This document shows positions 9,261 to 18,857 of a stretch of 64,000 nucleotides of DNA, piece by piece. Both the position numbers and the translations under genes were made by a program. Source of the stretch: Armatimonadota bacterium (GTDB lineage Bacteria > Armatimonadota > HRBIN16); contig OY781964.1 of NCBI GenBank assembly GCA_963677485.1, positions 2,571,288 through 2,635,287 on the forward strand. The letters are read 5' to 3'. The notes beneath the pieces are model-generated. The model did not search any database. It had not been told where the DNA came from and saw nothing but the letters and a program-made list of their open reading frames with translations. The first letter of the stretch is position 1. Every line of letters begins with the position of its first letter.

Positions 9261-9665
9261 CTACCCAGACTGCAGCGCGGTCAGGGCGGCCTGAAGGCGT
9301 GCCTTCACCTCGCCAGGCAGTGCAGCGAGTGCTTTGGCGGTCGCCGCATCCACCACACTGAACATCACCTCGGGGTCCAGAATACTCACCTCAACATCGC
9401 CTTGCCCCTCCCGCAACACCACATTACATGGCAGCAGCAGACCGATATTGGGGTCGGCGGAGAGTGCCTGGTGGGCGAACTTGGGATTGCAGGCACCGAG
9501 GATAAGGTATGGCTCGATTTCCACGCCGATTTTCTCGCGCATGGTCGCTTGAACATCGATAGTCGTGAGAACCCCGAATCCTTGCGCCTTGAGCGCATCC
9601 AGCACGCGCGGCCGGATGGATTCGACGGTACCAGGTAGCGTGATACTCATAGCATATTGGGTCAT
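9261..9665 (-). CDS. DUF302 domain protein
   Basis: 134 aa. FGVLTTIDVQATMREKIG...YLILGACNPKFAHQAL matches the DUF302 family pattern. Confidence 0.6.
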   Translation of the reverse strand: MTQYAMSITLPGTVESIRPRVLDALKAQGFGVLTTIDVQATMREKIGVEIEPYLILGACNPKFAHQALSADPNIGLLLPCNVVLREGQGDVEVSILDPEVMFSVVDAATAKALAALPGEVKARLQAALTALQSG

Positions 9666-9808
9666 TTTGGTATCTCCTTTGTGCTAAGTGTACCTTGTGG
9701 CTGGTGACTATAGTTGGCGGGAGCGGAACTCTGCTGAAAGCAAATGGTCGTTCTATGGGCAACCTGCACGATCGGTCGGATTAGTCCAATCCGTCGGATT
9801 CTAGCCAC

Positions 9809-10444
9809 TCACTCCTCCTGGTCGTCCAGCAGATCGCCTAGCGGCAGGGTGCTGGTGGAGAGCTTCTCCCGCCAGTAGCTCCGTAACTGCTCCATCTCGG
9901 GGTTATCGCCATACGCCAGGTCGAGTATCAGCATCACCACATCGGGCCAGCGGCCATCGATCACATTGATCGCCACGGGCCGGTTGGGACGTTCATTGAG
10001 CTCGTTGTGGAAGGCGTGGATCAGCCGGTCGATCAGCATCAGCTTCTGACGGCTGCTCTGAGCACCTTCAAACTGCTCCACAAACGCGGTCACCGCGGTT
10101 AAGGCGTTGGTCGCCACCAACTGCTTATCCTTGTAGCTGCGGTAGTATTGCTCCCAACTCGTCTCCCATCCGCATGAGGGACACCTGATGATCTCCTCAC
10201 CTCGCTGCTTACCCATGCGTTTATCGGTGCGGATGATGAGCTGTTCGCACTGTGGACAAGTCACACGCCCCTCTATCGCTGCGGTGACGGTGAGCAGACT
10301 CCGGCAACGCAAGAAAAGGGCGATGAACAGATCGTCCAGCAACTGCTCATCAAGCTGATCCCGTGCCTCGGATTCGTAGAGCTTCCGAATCTTATCAGGA
10401 CTCACCTTAGGGGCCCACTTGATGCGGGGCGATTGCGCTGTCAT
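9809..10444 (-). CDS. hypothetical zinc-ribbon protein
   Basis: CPQCEQ...CPSCGW forms a four-Cys ribbon. Start chosen at the ATG preceded by GGAGAG; the longer ORF extension to 10567 would run into the GH3 promoter. Confidence 0.45.
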   Translation of the reverse strand: MTAQSPRIKWAPKVSPDKIRKLYESEARDQLDEQLLDDLFIALFLRCRSLLTVTAAIEGRVTCPQCEQLIIRTDKRMGKQRGEEIIRCPSCGWETSWEQYYRSYKDKQLVATNALTAVTAFVEQFEGAQSSRQKLMLIDRLIHAFHNELNERPNRPVAINVIDGRWPDVVMLILDLAYGDNPEMEQLRSYWREKLSTSTLPLGDLLDDQEE

Positions 10445-10526
10445 TGACCACTCTCCTGTGATGTCAATGTACCTGTTCATATTTCGATATACAAGACAAC
10501 GGGGGCGGGTGGGGGTCGAACCAATC

Positions 10527-10555
10527 CTGCCTTGACATCGCACGCTAAACGGGTT
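10527..10555 (+). promoter_or_regulatory. sigma70-like promoter upstream of the GH3 gene
   Basis: TTGACA, a 17-nt spacer, then TATAAC (cttgacatcgcacgctaaacgggttataac), about 75 nt upstream of the GH3 start. Confidence 0.45.
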
Positions 10556-10630
10556 ATAACAATCCAAAGCGGCATGGAATGCATAGGCGAATCGCCATGC
10601 GCGGCAGCACCAACAACAAGAAGGTATACA

Positions 10631-13282
10631 ATGAGACTTTTCCTGATCTGTGCGCTGCTGTTCGCATCAGCGAATGGTGCGTTTGCCGCCAATCTCCCCA
10701 CCCCATCCAATCCAAAGGACAAGGCCATGGAACGCAAGATCGAAGCATTGTTGAAGAAAATGACCATCGAAGAGAAAGCCGGTCAGGTCAACCAGAGCGG
10801 CTTTGGACCGTTCGAAAAGTATATGACCTCCAAAACCGGCCTTGGCCACCTGGTGCTGCAGTGGGGTGGAGGCACCACCTCTACACAGGCCGCGGCCGAA
10901 GTGAACCGGCTGCAGAAACTCGCAGTGGAGAAAACCCGGCTGAGCATCCCCTTGCTGGTAGGCTGTGATGGAATCCTGGACGCCCGCGTGGCCGATTCCG
11001 TCACCTTCCCGCAGGAGATAGGGATGGGCTCCACCTGGAACCCCGGCCTGATTCAGAAGGTCTACTCGGTGATATCCAAAGAGCTGCGCGCGGTGGGATA
11101 CGGACGCACCTACACACCTAACGTGGGACTGGCCCGCGACCCCAGGTTCGGCCGAACCGGTGAGTGCTACAGCGAAGACACTTACCTCACTACCCAGATG
11201 GCCATCGCCGCGGTGCAAGGCTTGAAGGACGAGTCGCTGAAGACCGGCATCATGGCCACCCCAAAGCATTACGCGGCCTACGACGCCACAGACGGCGGGA
11301 AAGACTCATCGGCGATTGATATCTCCGACCGGCGGTTGCGTGAGGTGTGGCTGCCTCCCTTCCGTGCCGCGGTGGATGCCGGTGCTGGTTCGATCATGTG
11401 CGCCTACCACGCCGTGAACGGGGTGCCGGTCGCGGCCAACCACTATCTGCTCACGGACATCCTGAGGAATGAGTGGGGGTTCGACGGGTTTGTCGTCACC
11501 GACTTCGTGTGCATCGAAAGCCTGCACAACTCCCAGCATGTGGCTGAGAGCTTCGATGATGCGATCAAGCTGGCCTTCGAAGCGGGCGTGGATGTGCATG
11601 ACCACGACATGGGTGATGACTTCGCCACCCGGATGGCGGCCCTGGTTCACAAAGGCACCATTTCGGAGAAGGTGCTGGATGAGGCTGTCCGCCGCACTCT
11701 CCGCGCCAAATTTAAACTGGGGCTCTTCGACAACCCGTATGTGGATGTGGAGAAGGCCTCGCAGACTGTCGGCACGAAAGAGCATCAGCAGCTCTCTCTT
11801 CAGACGGCGCGCGAATCGATCGTGTTGTTGAAGAACGACAAAGAGGCCCTCCCGCTGAAGAAGGATGTGGCTTCCATTGCGGTGATCGGGCCCAACGCGG
11901 ACAGCCTCAAGAACCAATGCGGGGTATGGGTGCGTGACCCGCAGGGCTACACCTCGCGGATGGTCACCATACTGCAGGGCATCAAGAGTGCGGTCTCACC
12001 TGGCACTGTGGTCAACTACGCCAAAGGCTGCGAGGTGATGGCCGGATCGCTCTCGATGACCGATATCCCGATCCTCACTGCTGGCTCGCAGGCTGGCTGG
12101 CAGGCGGAGTATTTCAACAACAAGGAGCTGGAAGGCACGCCAGTGCTCACCCGCATTGATGCGAAAGTGGACTTCGACTGGGGCAACGGCTCTCCGGCTC
12201 CCGAGGTGAATGTGGATAACTTCTCCGCCAGATGGACGGGCCGCTACACCGCTTCCTGCAGCGGTAAGCACCGGTTTAACCTAGATGTAGATGATGGCGT
12301 ACGCCTTTACGTCGATGACAAGCTGGTGATGAACGCCTGGCCAGACCATGTGGGTGTCACCACCGCCTTGGTTGAGATGCAGCAGGGGCAGCAGTATGAA
12401 CTCCGCGTGGAATACCATGAAAGTACCGGCGGTGCGAAGTGCAAGCTCACGATGGAGACGCCCATCGCGGGTGAGGCGGGCATCGCCGAGGCGGTAGTTG
12501 CGGCGAAGCAGTCCAGTGTCGCGGTGGTGGTAGTGGGCGACTGCCCGGAACTTAACGCGGAGATTCACGACCGTGCCGACCTGAACCTCACCGGCTATCA
12601 GCAGCAACTGGTGGATGCGGTCTATGCAACCGGCACCCCGACCGTGGTGGTGCTTGTCAATGCCCGGCCGCTGACCATCAACCGCATCGTCGATGGTATC
12701 CCCGCCATCGTAGAGGCATGGAATCCGGGCGAGCAAGGCGGAACGGCCGTGGCGGAGGTGCTGTTTGGCGACTACAACCCTGGCGGTAAGCTGCCGATCA
12801 GCTTCCCGTATTCGGTGGGACAACTGCCTGTCAACTACAACCAGGAGCCTGGCTGGCACCAATCGGGCGACTACTGCGACGGCACGCCCTCCGCGCTGCT
12901 ATACAACTTCGGCTTCGGGCTCAGCTACACCAGCTTCAAATACAGCAATCTGCGGCTTTCCAAACCAGAGATGGGCCGCGACGGCCAGGTGGAAGTAAGT
13001 GTAGACGTGCAGAACACCGGACAGCGGGCGGGCGATGATGTGGTGCAGATGTATATCCACGACCCCGTAGCCAGCGTGGTCCGACCCGTCAAGGAGCTGA
13101 AGGGGTTCAAGCGCGTGCATCTGCAACCCGGTGAGCGTCAGAGGGTTATCATCGTGTTGAAGGCCGACCAGCTTGCCTTCTTCAACAACGCGATGAAGTG
13201 GGTGGTGGAGCCTGGCGAGATTGATATCATGGTGGGCGGCAACTCCGTGGAGCTGCAAAGCGTGAAGCTCACGGTGAAGTAA
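10631..13282 (+). CDS. glycoside hydrolase family 3 beta-glucosidase (BglX-like) with a PA14 insertion and signal peptide
   Basis: Signal peptide MRLFLICALLFASANGAFA after an AAGAAGG RBS. The GH3 catalytic region has GFDGFVVTDF. The PA14 domain reads GWQAEYFNNKELEGTPV...FSARWTGRY. A C-terminal fibronectin-like domain follows. Confidence 0.85.
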   Translation: MRLFLICALLFASANGAFAANLPTPSNPKDKAMERKIEALLKKMTIEEKAGQVNQSGFGPFEKYMTSKTGLGHLVLQWGGGTTSTQAAAEVNRLQKLAVEKTRLSIPLLVGCDGILDARVADSVTFPQEIGMGSTWNPGLIQKVYSVISKELRAVGYGRTYTPNVGLARDPRFGRTGECYSEDTYLTTQMAIAAVQGLKDESLKTGIMATPKHYAAYDATDGGKDSSAIDISDRRLREVWLPPFRAAVDAGAGSIMCAYHAVNGVPVAANHYLLTDILRNEWGFDGFVVTDFVCIESLHNSQHVAESFDDAIKLAFEAGVDVHDHDMGDDFATRMAALVHKGTISEKVLDEAVRRTLRAKFKLGLFDNPYVDVEKASQTVGTKEHQQLSLQTARESIVLLKNDKEALPLKKDVASIAVIGPNADSLKNQCGVWVRDPQGYTSRMVTILQGIKSAVSPGTVVNYAKGCEVMAGSLSMTDIPILTAGSQAGWQAEYFNNKELEGTPVLTRIDAKVDFDWGNGSPAPEVNVDNFSARWTGRYTASCSGKHRFNLDVDDGVRLYVDDKLVMNAWPDHVGVTTALVEMQQGQQYELRVEYHESTGGAKCKLTMETPIAGEAGIAEAVVAAKQSSVAVVVVGDCPELNAEIHDRADLNLTGYQQQLVDAVYATGTPTVVVLVNARPLTINRIVDGIPAIVEAWNPGEQGGTAVAEVLFGDYNPGGKLPISFPYSVGQLPVNYNQEPGWHQSGDYCDGTPSALLYNFGFGLSYTSFKYSNLRLSKPEMGRDGQVEVSVDVQNTGQRAGDDVVQMYIHDPVASVVRPVKELKGFKRVHLQPGERQRVIIVLKADQLAFFNNAMKWVVEPGEIDIMVGGNSVELQSVKLTVK

Positions 13283-13315
13283 GGCATAGAGCCGATTGGC
13301 CGGAAGGGAATGATA

Positions 13316-13568
13316 ATCCACAGATTACGCAGATTACACGGATTCGGTCATGGCCGGTGCGGTTTTCCCTTCTGCGCCGGCAAGTAGGTCGGATGGATAC
13401 AAACGCAATGACGCAAGGAAGCAAAGGCGCAAAGGGGAGGGTATATAACGGCGCGGTCATGAGCCATCTCCCCATCCGTGTCATCCGATAAATCCGCGCA
13501 ATCCGTGGTTCAGACAAAGGTCCGCGCGGTCATGACCTCATCTGTGTCATCTGCGTAATCTGTGGATT
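13316..13568. repeat. MITE-like element, family A (TIR aatccacagattacgcagat...)
   Basis: 253 bp bounded by inverted repeats: aatccacagattacgcagattacac at the left and catctgtgtcatctgcgtaatctgtggatt at the right. The interior carries a gcaaaggcgcaaagg motif shared with other copies. Confidence 0.6.
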
Positions 13569-13580
13569 ATGATTCCTGTG

Positions 13581-14672
13581 CTATTTCTTGCTATCCAGCA
13601 CCTGCGACTTGAGTGCCTGAACCAGCTTTTGGGCCAATCCGGTGCTGCCCTCGGCGGTGGGGTGGACGGGGCCATCATACCAGCCGGTGGTGTCGATGTA
13701 GTACACACGGCGGTCACCGGCTGCATGGCAGTCGTCAACCACCGCTTTGATACTCGCCTCCTGCGAACCGATAAACGGGCGCAGAGCTACGATCTTTGTC
13801 TTGGGATAGGCTTTGCGGATCATGCCGATGTAGCGGGCATACAGTGGCTTATACTCTTCAGTCGTCATGCCGCTATCATTGGTGCCCTGGTTGACCACCA
13901 CCACATCCGGCTGCCACTTATCACGAGGGCATCCCGCGTAGAACCAGTTGAAGGAATCCAGCGCCCCCACCGCTCCACCGCTTCCACCGTGTTGCAGGCC
14001 CGTGGCGCCGAACCCGACCTGGCGCCAGGCGGCACCTAGAGCCATCGCGGTCTGCCCGGCATAGGAATTCCGAGCGTCGGTCAGCCAGCTCCAGGCACGC
14101 GGCATCCCTGCAACCACACCGGCACGGCCTTCTTGAACAAGCACCCCCTCGGTGATGCTGTCGCCAAAGAACTCCATGCTCAAAGCGGGCTTCTTCCACT
14201 CGGGGAGCGCGCTCTCCAGCTTGCCACCGCGGCCGAATGTCAGTCCGGTGAAGGTCACACTCGCCACCAGCGGAGGTGTCCATCGGCTCTGATGTTCATC
14301 TAGACCGCGCACCATCAGCATCAGACGGTGTTTGCCAGTGCTAAGACCCTCAGCCAGCTTGACTGAAGGGCCGATTTCCGCCTCTCTCCAGTTGCCGCCG
14401 TCGATCTGCCAGGCGATGGTGGGCAGTGCGCCTTTTTCGGTGCAAATACACTGCGCGGTGTTGGTCGAGATATCAAATGTGGCATTCAAACTTGTGCCAG
14501 TGAAGCGGGCCAGCAGGTAGCTTCCTGTGTTCACCGTGACCGCACGCTGTGGGGTGCGCAAATCCCACCGGCCGAAAAAGCAATAACTGCCCGGCCATGA
14601 GGGAGCCGCCTGTAACGCAGATGATGCCAGCAGTAAAATCGGGAGTACGATACCGTATGAGAAACGATGCAT
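13581..14672 (-). CDS. secreted SGNH/GDSL-family hydrolase (carbohydrate esterase-like)
   Basis: Signal peptide MHRFSYGIVLPILLLASSALQA. SGNH block I is FFGDSITEG; a later NQGTND block follows. An N-terminal beta-sandwich-like domain of about 180 aa precedes them. Confidence 0.7.
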   Translation of the reverse strand: MHRFSYGIVLPILLLASSALQAAPSWPGSYCFFGRWDLRTPQRAVTVNTGSYLLARFTGTSLNATFDISTNTAQCICTEKGALPTIAWQIDGGNWREAEIGPSVKLAEGLSTGKHRLMLMVRGLDEHQSRWTPPLVASVTFTGLTFGRGGKLESALPEWKKPALSMEFFGDSITEGVLVQEGRAGVVAGMPRAWSWLTDARNSYAGQTAMALGAAWRQVGFGATGLQHGGSGGAVGALDSFNWFYAGCPRDKWQPDVVVVNQGTNDSGMTTEEYKPLYARYIGMIRKAYPKTKIVALRPFIGSQEASIKAVVDDCHAAGDRRVYYIDTTGWYDGPVHPTAEGSTGLAQKLVQALKSQVLDSKK

Positions 14673-14827
14673 TGATCTCTCCTTAACGCCTGTCGTGTGT
14701 TGACTATCTTGCAGTATATCGCGGTTATAAAGATCATGGCAGGGGAGACGCATAAAGCGCAAGCACGCAAAGGGGCAAAGTCGCACTGGTGATCTGGCGT
14801 CTACCTAACAGGCTACAATCGCGGCCG

Positions 14828-15625
14828 TTATGAAATAACTGTGTTGGTGTTGGTATTCCAGTTCAGTTGATGAACTGGGTGGATACCGCTGTCGTGACTG
14901 GCCATCAGCTTCGGCCGCTCATTAACCATTGTGGGGCTTGTGGTGCGTTTCTTGAAGAATGATAGAAAGTGAGCCTGGTATTGCTCCAGCTTGGGCTGTT
15001 CATACCACTCGCCCTCGTTGAACATCTCGTAGATGACATGCTCGTATTTTGCGGTGGCCTCAATCAAGCGATGGCAGAACCGCTCTTGGTAGAACTGGTT
15101 CTTCTGCTGCCATGTCCACACGGGGTTATACTGCGACGGCATTTCGTTCTGGTAGTCATGCAGCTCAATATACTGGTCTCTGCGATTCAGCGGACCACCG
15201 AGAGCACAGTTAAACGGGTGACCCGAGAACAGCGTTGTGCTCCAACCGTCATGCACTCTCAGTATCACCACAATGCCCTTCGTCTTCGCGGTGTGTATGA
15301 AGTCACGTAGACGGAGGAAGTATTGGTCATTGATGGTCGACAGGTCAAACAGGTTGCCGGTTTTAGCCCAGGGCCACAGTTCAGAAGCACTGTAACCCAC
15401 GCGTGCATCAATAACCTGATTTCCTAGCCCGATGTACGACCATAACACCACAGCATTACATCCGTGTTTAGCCAACATCGAGAGGTAGGCTTTCCATTCG
15501 AAGTTGGTTCCCAGACCTCGCCCGCCGTGTGTCACCGAATCACCCACCAGAAGAGTGCGCTTGCCGTTCAGTGTGGCAAAGCGGTCGTCTAGAGTCAGCA
15601 TTTGTATGGATTCGTGTTTCAGCAT
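14828..15625 (-). CDS. TIM-barrel glycoside-hydrolase-like protein (GH5/cellulase superfamily; tentative)
   Basis: 265 aa. Motifs VVILRVHDGWS and EMFNEGEW resemble the NEP/acid-base region of clan GH-A. Family not assignable by eye. Confidence 0.4.
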   Translation of the reverse strand: MLKHESIQMLTLDDRFATLNGKRTLLVGDSVTHGGRGLGTNFEWKAYLSMLAKHGCNAVVLWSYIGLGNQVIDARVGYSASELWPWAKTGNLFDLSTINDQYFLRLRDFIHTAKTKGIVVILRVHDGWSTTLFSGHPFNCALGGPLNRRDQYIELHDYQNEMPSQYNPVWTWQQKNQFYQERFCHRLIEATAKYEHVIYEMFNEGEWYEQPKLEQYQAHFLSFFKKRTTSPTMVNERPKLMASHDSGIHPVHQLNWNTNTNTVIS

Positions 15626-15766
15626 TTCTGCACCCGATCACCCGATGTAGTCGCTCGTAAGGGTTATAAGGGTATAGACGATGTGGAGAGCCAATGGTTT
15701 ATCACAAACAAAAGCGCCTGCGGGTAATATCCCGCAAGCGCCTCATGTCTGAATTCGGGGTAGAGG

Positions 15767-17362
15767 TTACAGGTCGCCCTGAGCTCCGAAGTTCTGGTCG
15801 ATGATCACATAGTCGAACAGGTTCACCAGACCATCGCCATCAAGGTCCGCCATGGCATAGCTCGAGCCGAAATGCGAATCGAGCACCACAAAATCAAACA
15901 GGTTGACCATGTTATCGCCATCGGCGTCGCCGTTTGTCAGCGCAATGATCTGACCCGAGATGCCATCCACCGTAATGTTACGGAATACCCGCTTCAACCA
16001 GTGGCTGCCGTCCAGGCTAAGGGTATAGGTGCCGACACGCAGCCCCTTGATGCTGCCCTTACCGGAGTGATCCAGGACCAGGCTGCCGGTATAGTTATCG
16101 GCTCCGGTCAGGATGTAAGTGAGGGTGATATTCTCATAGGCCCCTTTGTATTCACTGCCGGTGGTGATGGTCACATTGAAGCTGGTGGGCTGGTATACGA
16201 TGAAATCAGTGGCACTCTGCACCGATCCGCCTGAGGTGGTCACTTCGATCGGGCCGGTGGTGACACCCTGGGGCAGTGTCGCCTTAATAGTGGCGTCATC
16301 CACCACCGTAAACTGCGCGTTCCAACCATCAAAACTCACCGATATGGTCCCTGCCGTGCTGGCGTTGGCCAATCCGATGAAGTTCTGGCCTTTGATGGTG
16401 ATCTCCTGGCCATAGCTGCCGGCGGCGGCACCGTCTGGTGTGAACGAGCTAATCAGTGGGGCCGGCACAGTCATCACTTGAAAATTCTTGGAGCTGGCCG
16501 CCATACCACCTGCGGTGCTGACCACGATCGGCCCGGTAGTCACACCTTGTGGCAGAATCACCGTGATCGTGGAGTTATCCACCACTGTGCAGGCCGCACC
16601 CCACCCACCGATGGTGACGCTGGTATCGCCACCGATGTGGTTGCCCACAATCTTGAAGTTGGTGCCTTTGATAGTGATCACCTTGCCGTACTCACCGACG
16701 AAGCACTTCTCTGGCGTGAAGGAACTGATAGTGGGCACAGGAACGGGTATCACCGTAAAATTACTGGCACTGGTAGCCGTACCGCCGGATGTGGTCACAG
16801 CAACCTTACCGGTGCTCACACCTTGCGGCACCGTCGCTTTGATGGTGGTGGCATTAACGATTGTAAAGTCCGCACCCCATCCGCCAATGGTCACATCGGT
16901 TGCGCCGCTAAAATAGGTGGCGGCCACACTGGCAAAGTTGGTGCCCGTGATCGTGATCTCTTGACCATAATCATCTACATAACCAGTATTGGGTGTGAAT
17001 GAGCTGACGGTGGGTGCAGGGATGGGCCGCACCTCGAAATCCTGTGCGCTTGATACGGAGCCACCCGGGGTCGTCACAGTAATAGGCCCTGATATCACCA
17101 CCTCAGGAAGCACCGCCGTGATCTTGGTACTGCTGACCACCGTAAAAACCGCTGGCAGCCCTGTAAAGCTGACCGCCGTGGTTCCGGTGAAGTTGGTGCC
17201 GTTGATGGTAATCTGCTGCCCAAAATCCCCCTCATAGGTGCTTGTAGGCGAAAATGTGCTGATGGTGGGTACTGAGACCGCAAATGCGGGGGCGACAAAT
17301 AGGCATACTAAAAGCAGCCAGGCCGGTAAGAAGATGCATTTATGACGATTCATGGACGACAC
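15767..17362 (-). CDS. cell-surface protein with five IPT/TIG repeats and a C-terminal type-I dockerin
   Basis: Signal peptide, then five roughly 95-aa repeats (PTISSFTP...GTNF...VVD.TTI...LP.GV.TGPI.V.T.GG). The C-terminus has DADGDNMVNLFDFVVLD and DLDGDGLVNLFDYVIID, a duplicated dockerin calcium-binding motif. Repeats are also visible at the DNA level. Confidence 0.7.
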   Translation of the reverse strand: MSSMNRHKCIFLPAWLLLVCLFVAPAFAVSVPTISTFSPTSTYEGDFGQQITINGTNFTGTTAVSFTGLPAVFTVVSSTKITAVLPEVVISGPITVTTPGGSVSSAQDFEVRPIPAPTVSSFTPNTGYVDDYGQEITITGTNFASVAATYFSGATDVTIGGWGADFTIVNATTIKATVPQGVSTGKVAVTTSGGTATSASNFTVIPVPVPTISSFTPEKCFVGEYGKVITIKGTNFKIVGNHIGGDTSVTIGGWGAACTVVDNSTITVILPQGVTTGPIVVSTAGGMAASSKNFQVMTVPAPLISSFTPDGAAAGSYGQEITIKGQNFIGLANASTAGTISVSFDGWNAQFTVVDDATIKATLPQGVTTGPIEVTTSGGSVQSATDFIVYQPTSFNVTITTGSEYKGAYENITLTYILTGADNYTGSLVLDHSGKGSIKGLRVGTYTLSLDGSHWLKRVFRNITVDGISGQIIALTNGDADGDNMVNLFDFVVLDSHFGSSYAMADLDGDGLVNLFDYVIIDQNFGAQGDL

Positions 17363-17519
17363 TCCTTCATGGGCAGCAGTGATATCCGTCCATTATGGGC
17401 GGTTTCACTATGTACGTTCCACTCATATCATACCCGTTGGTGTCACCGGTTTCCATATACAAGCTTCCGCCCGTCTATGCACGGCAGCTCATACTGTAAC
17501 TGATGCGTTCCAAATATTT

Positions 17520-17683
17520 GCCTAAGTCCGGGGCGGTCTGCGAGTAGGCTAGCGGCTGCAGAAGGCTCGAGACCGCGCCGGTCTGGCGGATAGCCATGAA
17601 AGATAGGTGTCGTGAACAAGACCGGCGCGGTTTATCGACAGCGGGCATCATAGGCTTACTGACAGACCGCCCCGGACATAGCC
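17520..17683. repeat. MITE-like element, family B (TIR gcctaagtccggggcggtctg)
   Basis: 164 bp with 21-bp terminal inverted repeats: gcctaagtccggggcggtctg at the left and cagaccgccccggacatagcc at the right. The internal gaccgcgccggtctggcgg / caagaccggcgcggt forms an inverted pair. A near-identical copy lies at 20216-20380. Confidence 0.6.
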
Positions 17684-17757
17684 AACCCAGTTACATGCAA
17701 GCAAAACCCCTCGAACGATATAGCCCGAGGGGTTGGGGAGGGAAGCCAGGGGATGCT

Positions 17758-18687
17758 TTACTGGACGGGCTGACCAGTGACTGGATCGTAGACTGGTGCG
17801 TTGTTGCAAGAGTAGGCCTGTTTGCCCCACAGGAAGTTCGCCGGGTTCAGGGTTGTCTCCAGCTTTAAGAACTTGGCATGACCATCGGCGAACACATAGT
17901 TGGCTCCGCCGTTGTGGCGTGATGGGCTAATGTAAGCGATGTGGTGCTGTCCACCTGCGTTGTTGTTCTGCTTGGCGTAGTTGATGGCTCCCAGGGCCTG
18001 CGCGAGTGTCAAGGCATAAACCGGGCCTGTCACACCTTTCTCGCCATCGAACACGGCTCCATTATCACTGACCCCGTTTGTGGGTCGATGGCTTTTGATG
18101 GCCGCGCCACCTGTGGGGCTGCTGTCATTCATGGCTCCAAGCGTATCGGTAATCTCCGCGACCGCGATTACCTCAGCCGGACTGTCGACCGCACTGTTGG
18201 TGACCACATTCTGAGGAATAGCCTCGAACTTTTTGCGGGGCATCAGCAGTTCGTTGGCAATATAGCTCATGCGCCGTGCCTGGACGTCTTGTACACCGGC
18301 GGTTTGCGGTGTTTGCCCGGCGGGAGCATTGCCGCTTGTGAAGTTGGTAGGTGCAAAACCGTGCAGCAGGTGGCTGGGGCATGTCCAAACACCGCTGGCG
18401 GAATTCTTCTGTTTGGTGTAAGGATCAACCAACCCAGTCCACTGAACATAACCGTTGGCGCTGCTGGCCCCGTTGACGTAGTAGTAGGCCATCGGGTAGG
18501 TCTCGTCGAAGTCCTGGGCATACATTGTCACGGCCAGGCCGATTTGTTTCTGGTTGGAAAGGCAGCTTGCCTGCTTCGCCTTTTCGCGTGCCTGGGCAAA
18601 TACCGGGAACAGGATCGCCGCCAGGATCGCGATGATCGCGATCACCACTAGCAGTTCGATCAGGGTGAAGGCGTTTCTCTTGTGCAT
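17758..18687 (-). CDS. prepilin-type N-terminal methylation-domain protein with H-X9-DG motif (DUF1559 family)
   Basis: N-terminus [37 protein letters not shown] is a type-IV-pilin-like leader plus hydrophobic helix. The C-terminus [17 protein letters not shown] is the H-X9-DG motif. Confidence 0.8.
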   Translation of the reverse strand: MHKRNAFTLIELLVVIAIIAILAAILFPVFAQAREKAKQASCLSNQKQIGLAVTMYAQDFDETYPMAYYYVNGASSANGYVQWTGLVDPYTKQKNSASGVWTCPSHLLHGFAPTNFTSGNAPAGQTPQTAGVQDVQARRMSYIANELLMPRKKFEAIPQNVVTNSAVDSPAEVIAVAEITDTLGAMNDSSPTGGAAIKSHRPTNGVSDNGAVFDGEKGVTGPVYALTLAQALGAINYAKQNNNAGGQHHIAYISPSRHNGGANYVFADGHAKFLKLETTLNPANFLWGKQAYSCNNAPVYDPVTGQPVQ

Positions 18688-18857
18688 CTTAACTCCTCGA
18701 AAGCTCATCGTCGGTCAAAAACTGTCATTGCCTCATGGGCAACAGATACAGCGTATCTAGCCGTTGTTATGCAGCAGTTAAGGTCATGTTAGCGTTCCGT
18801 TAAGGCTGGGATGTACCATATACAGGAGCCATTCGTGACTAGATAAAGGGGATCCAC

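Noticed and set aside
10495-10530. G-rich segment gggggcgggtgggggtcgaacc as a possible ncRNA or G-quadruplex
   Set aside because: Single occurrence, no flanking structure. It lies between the start of a divergent gene and a promoter. Insufficient evidence.
10532-10630. N-terminal 33-codon extension of the GH3 ORF
   Set aside because: The extension overlaps the TTGACA-17-TATAAC promoter. A canonical signal peptide and AAGAAGG RBS mark the start at 10631.
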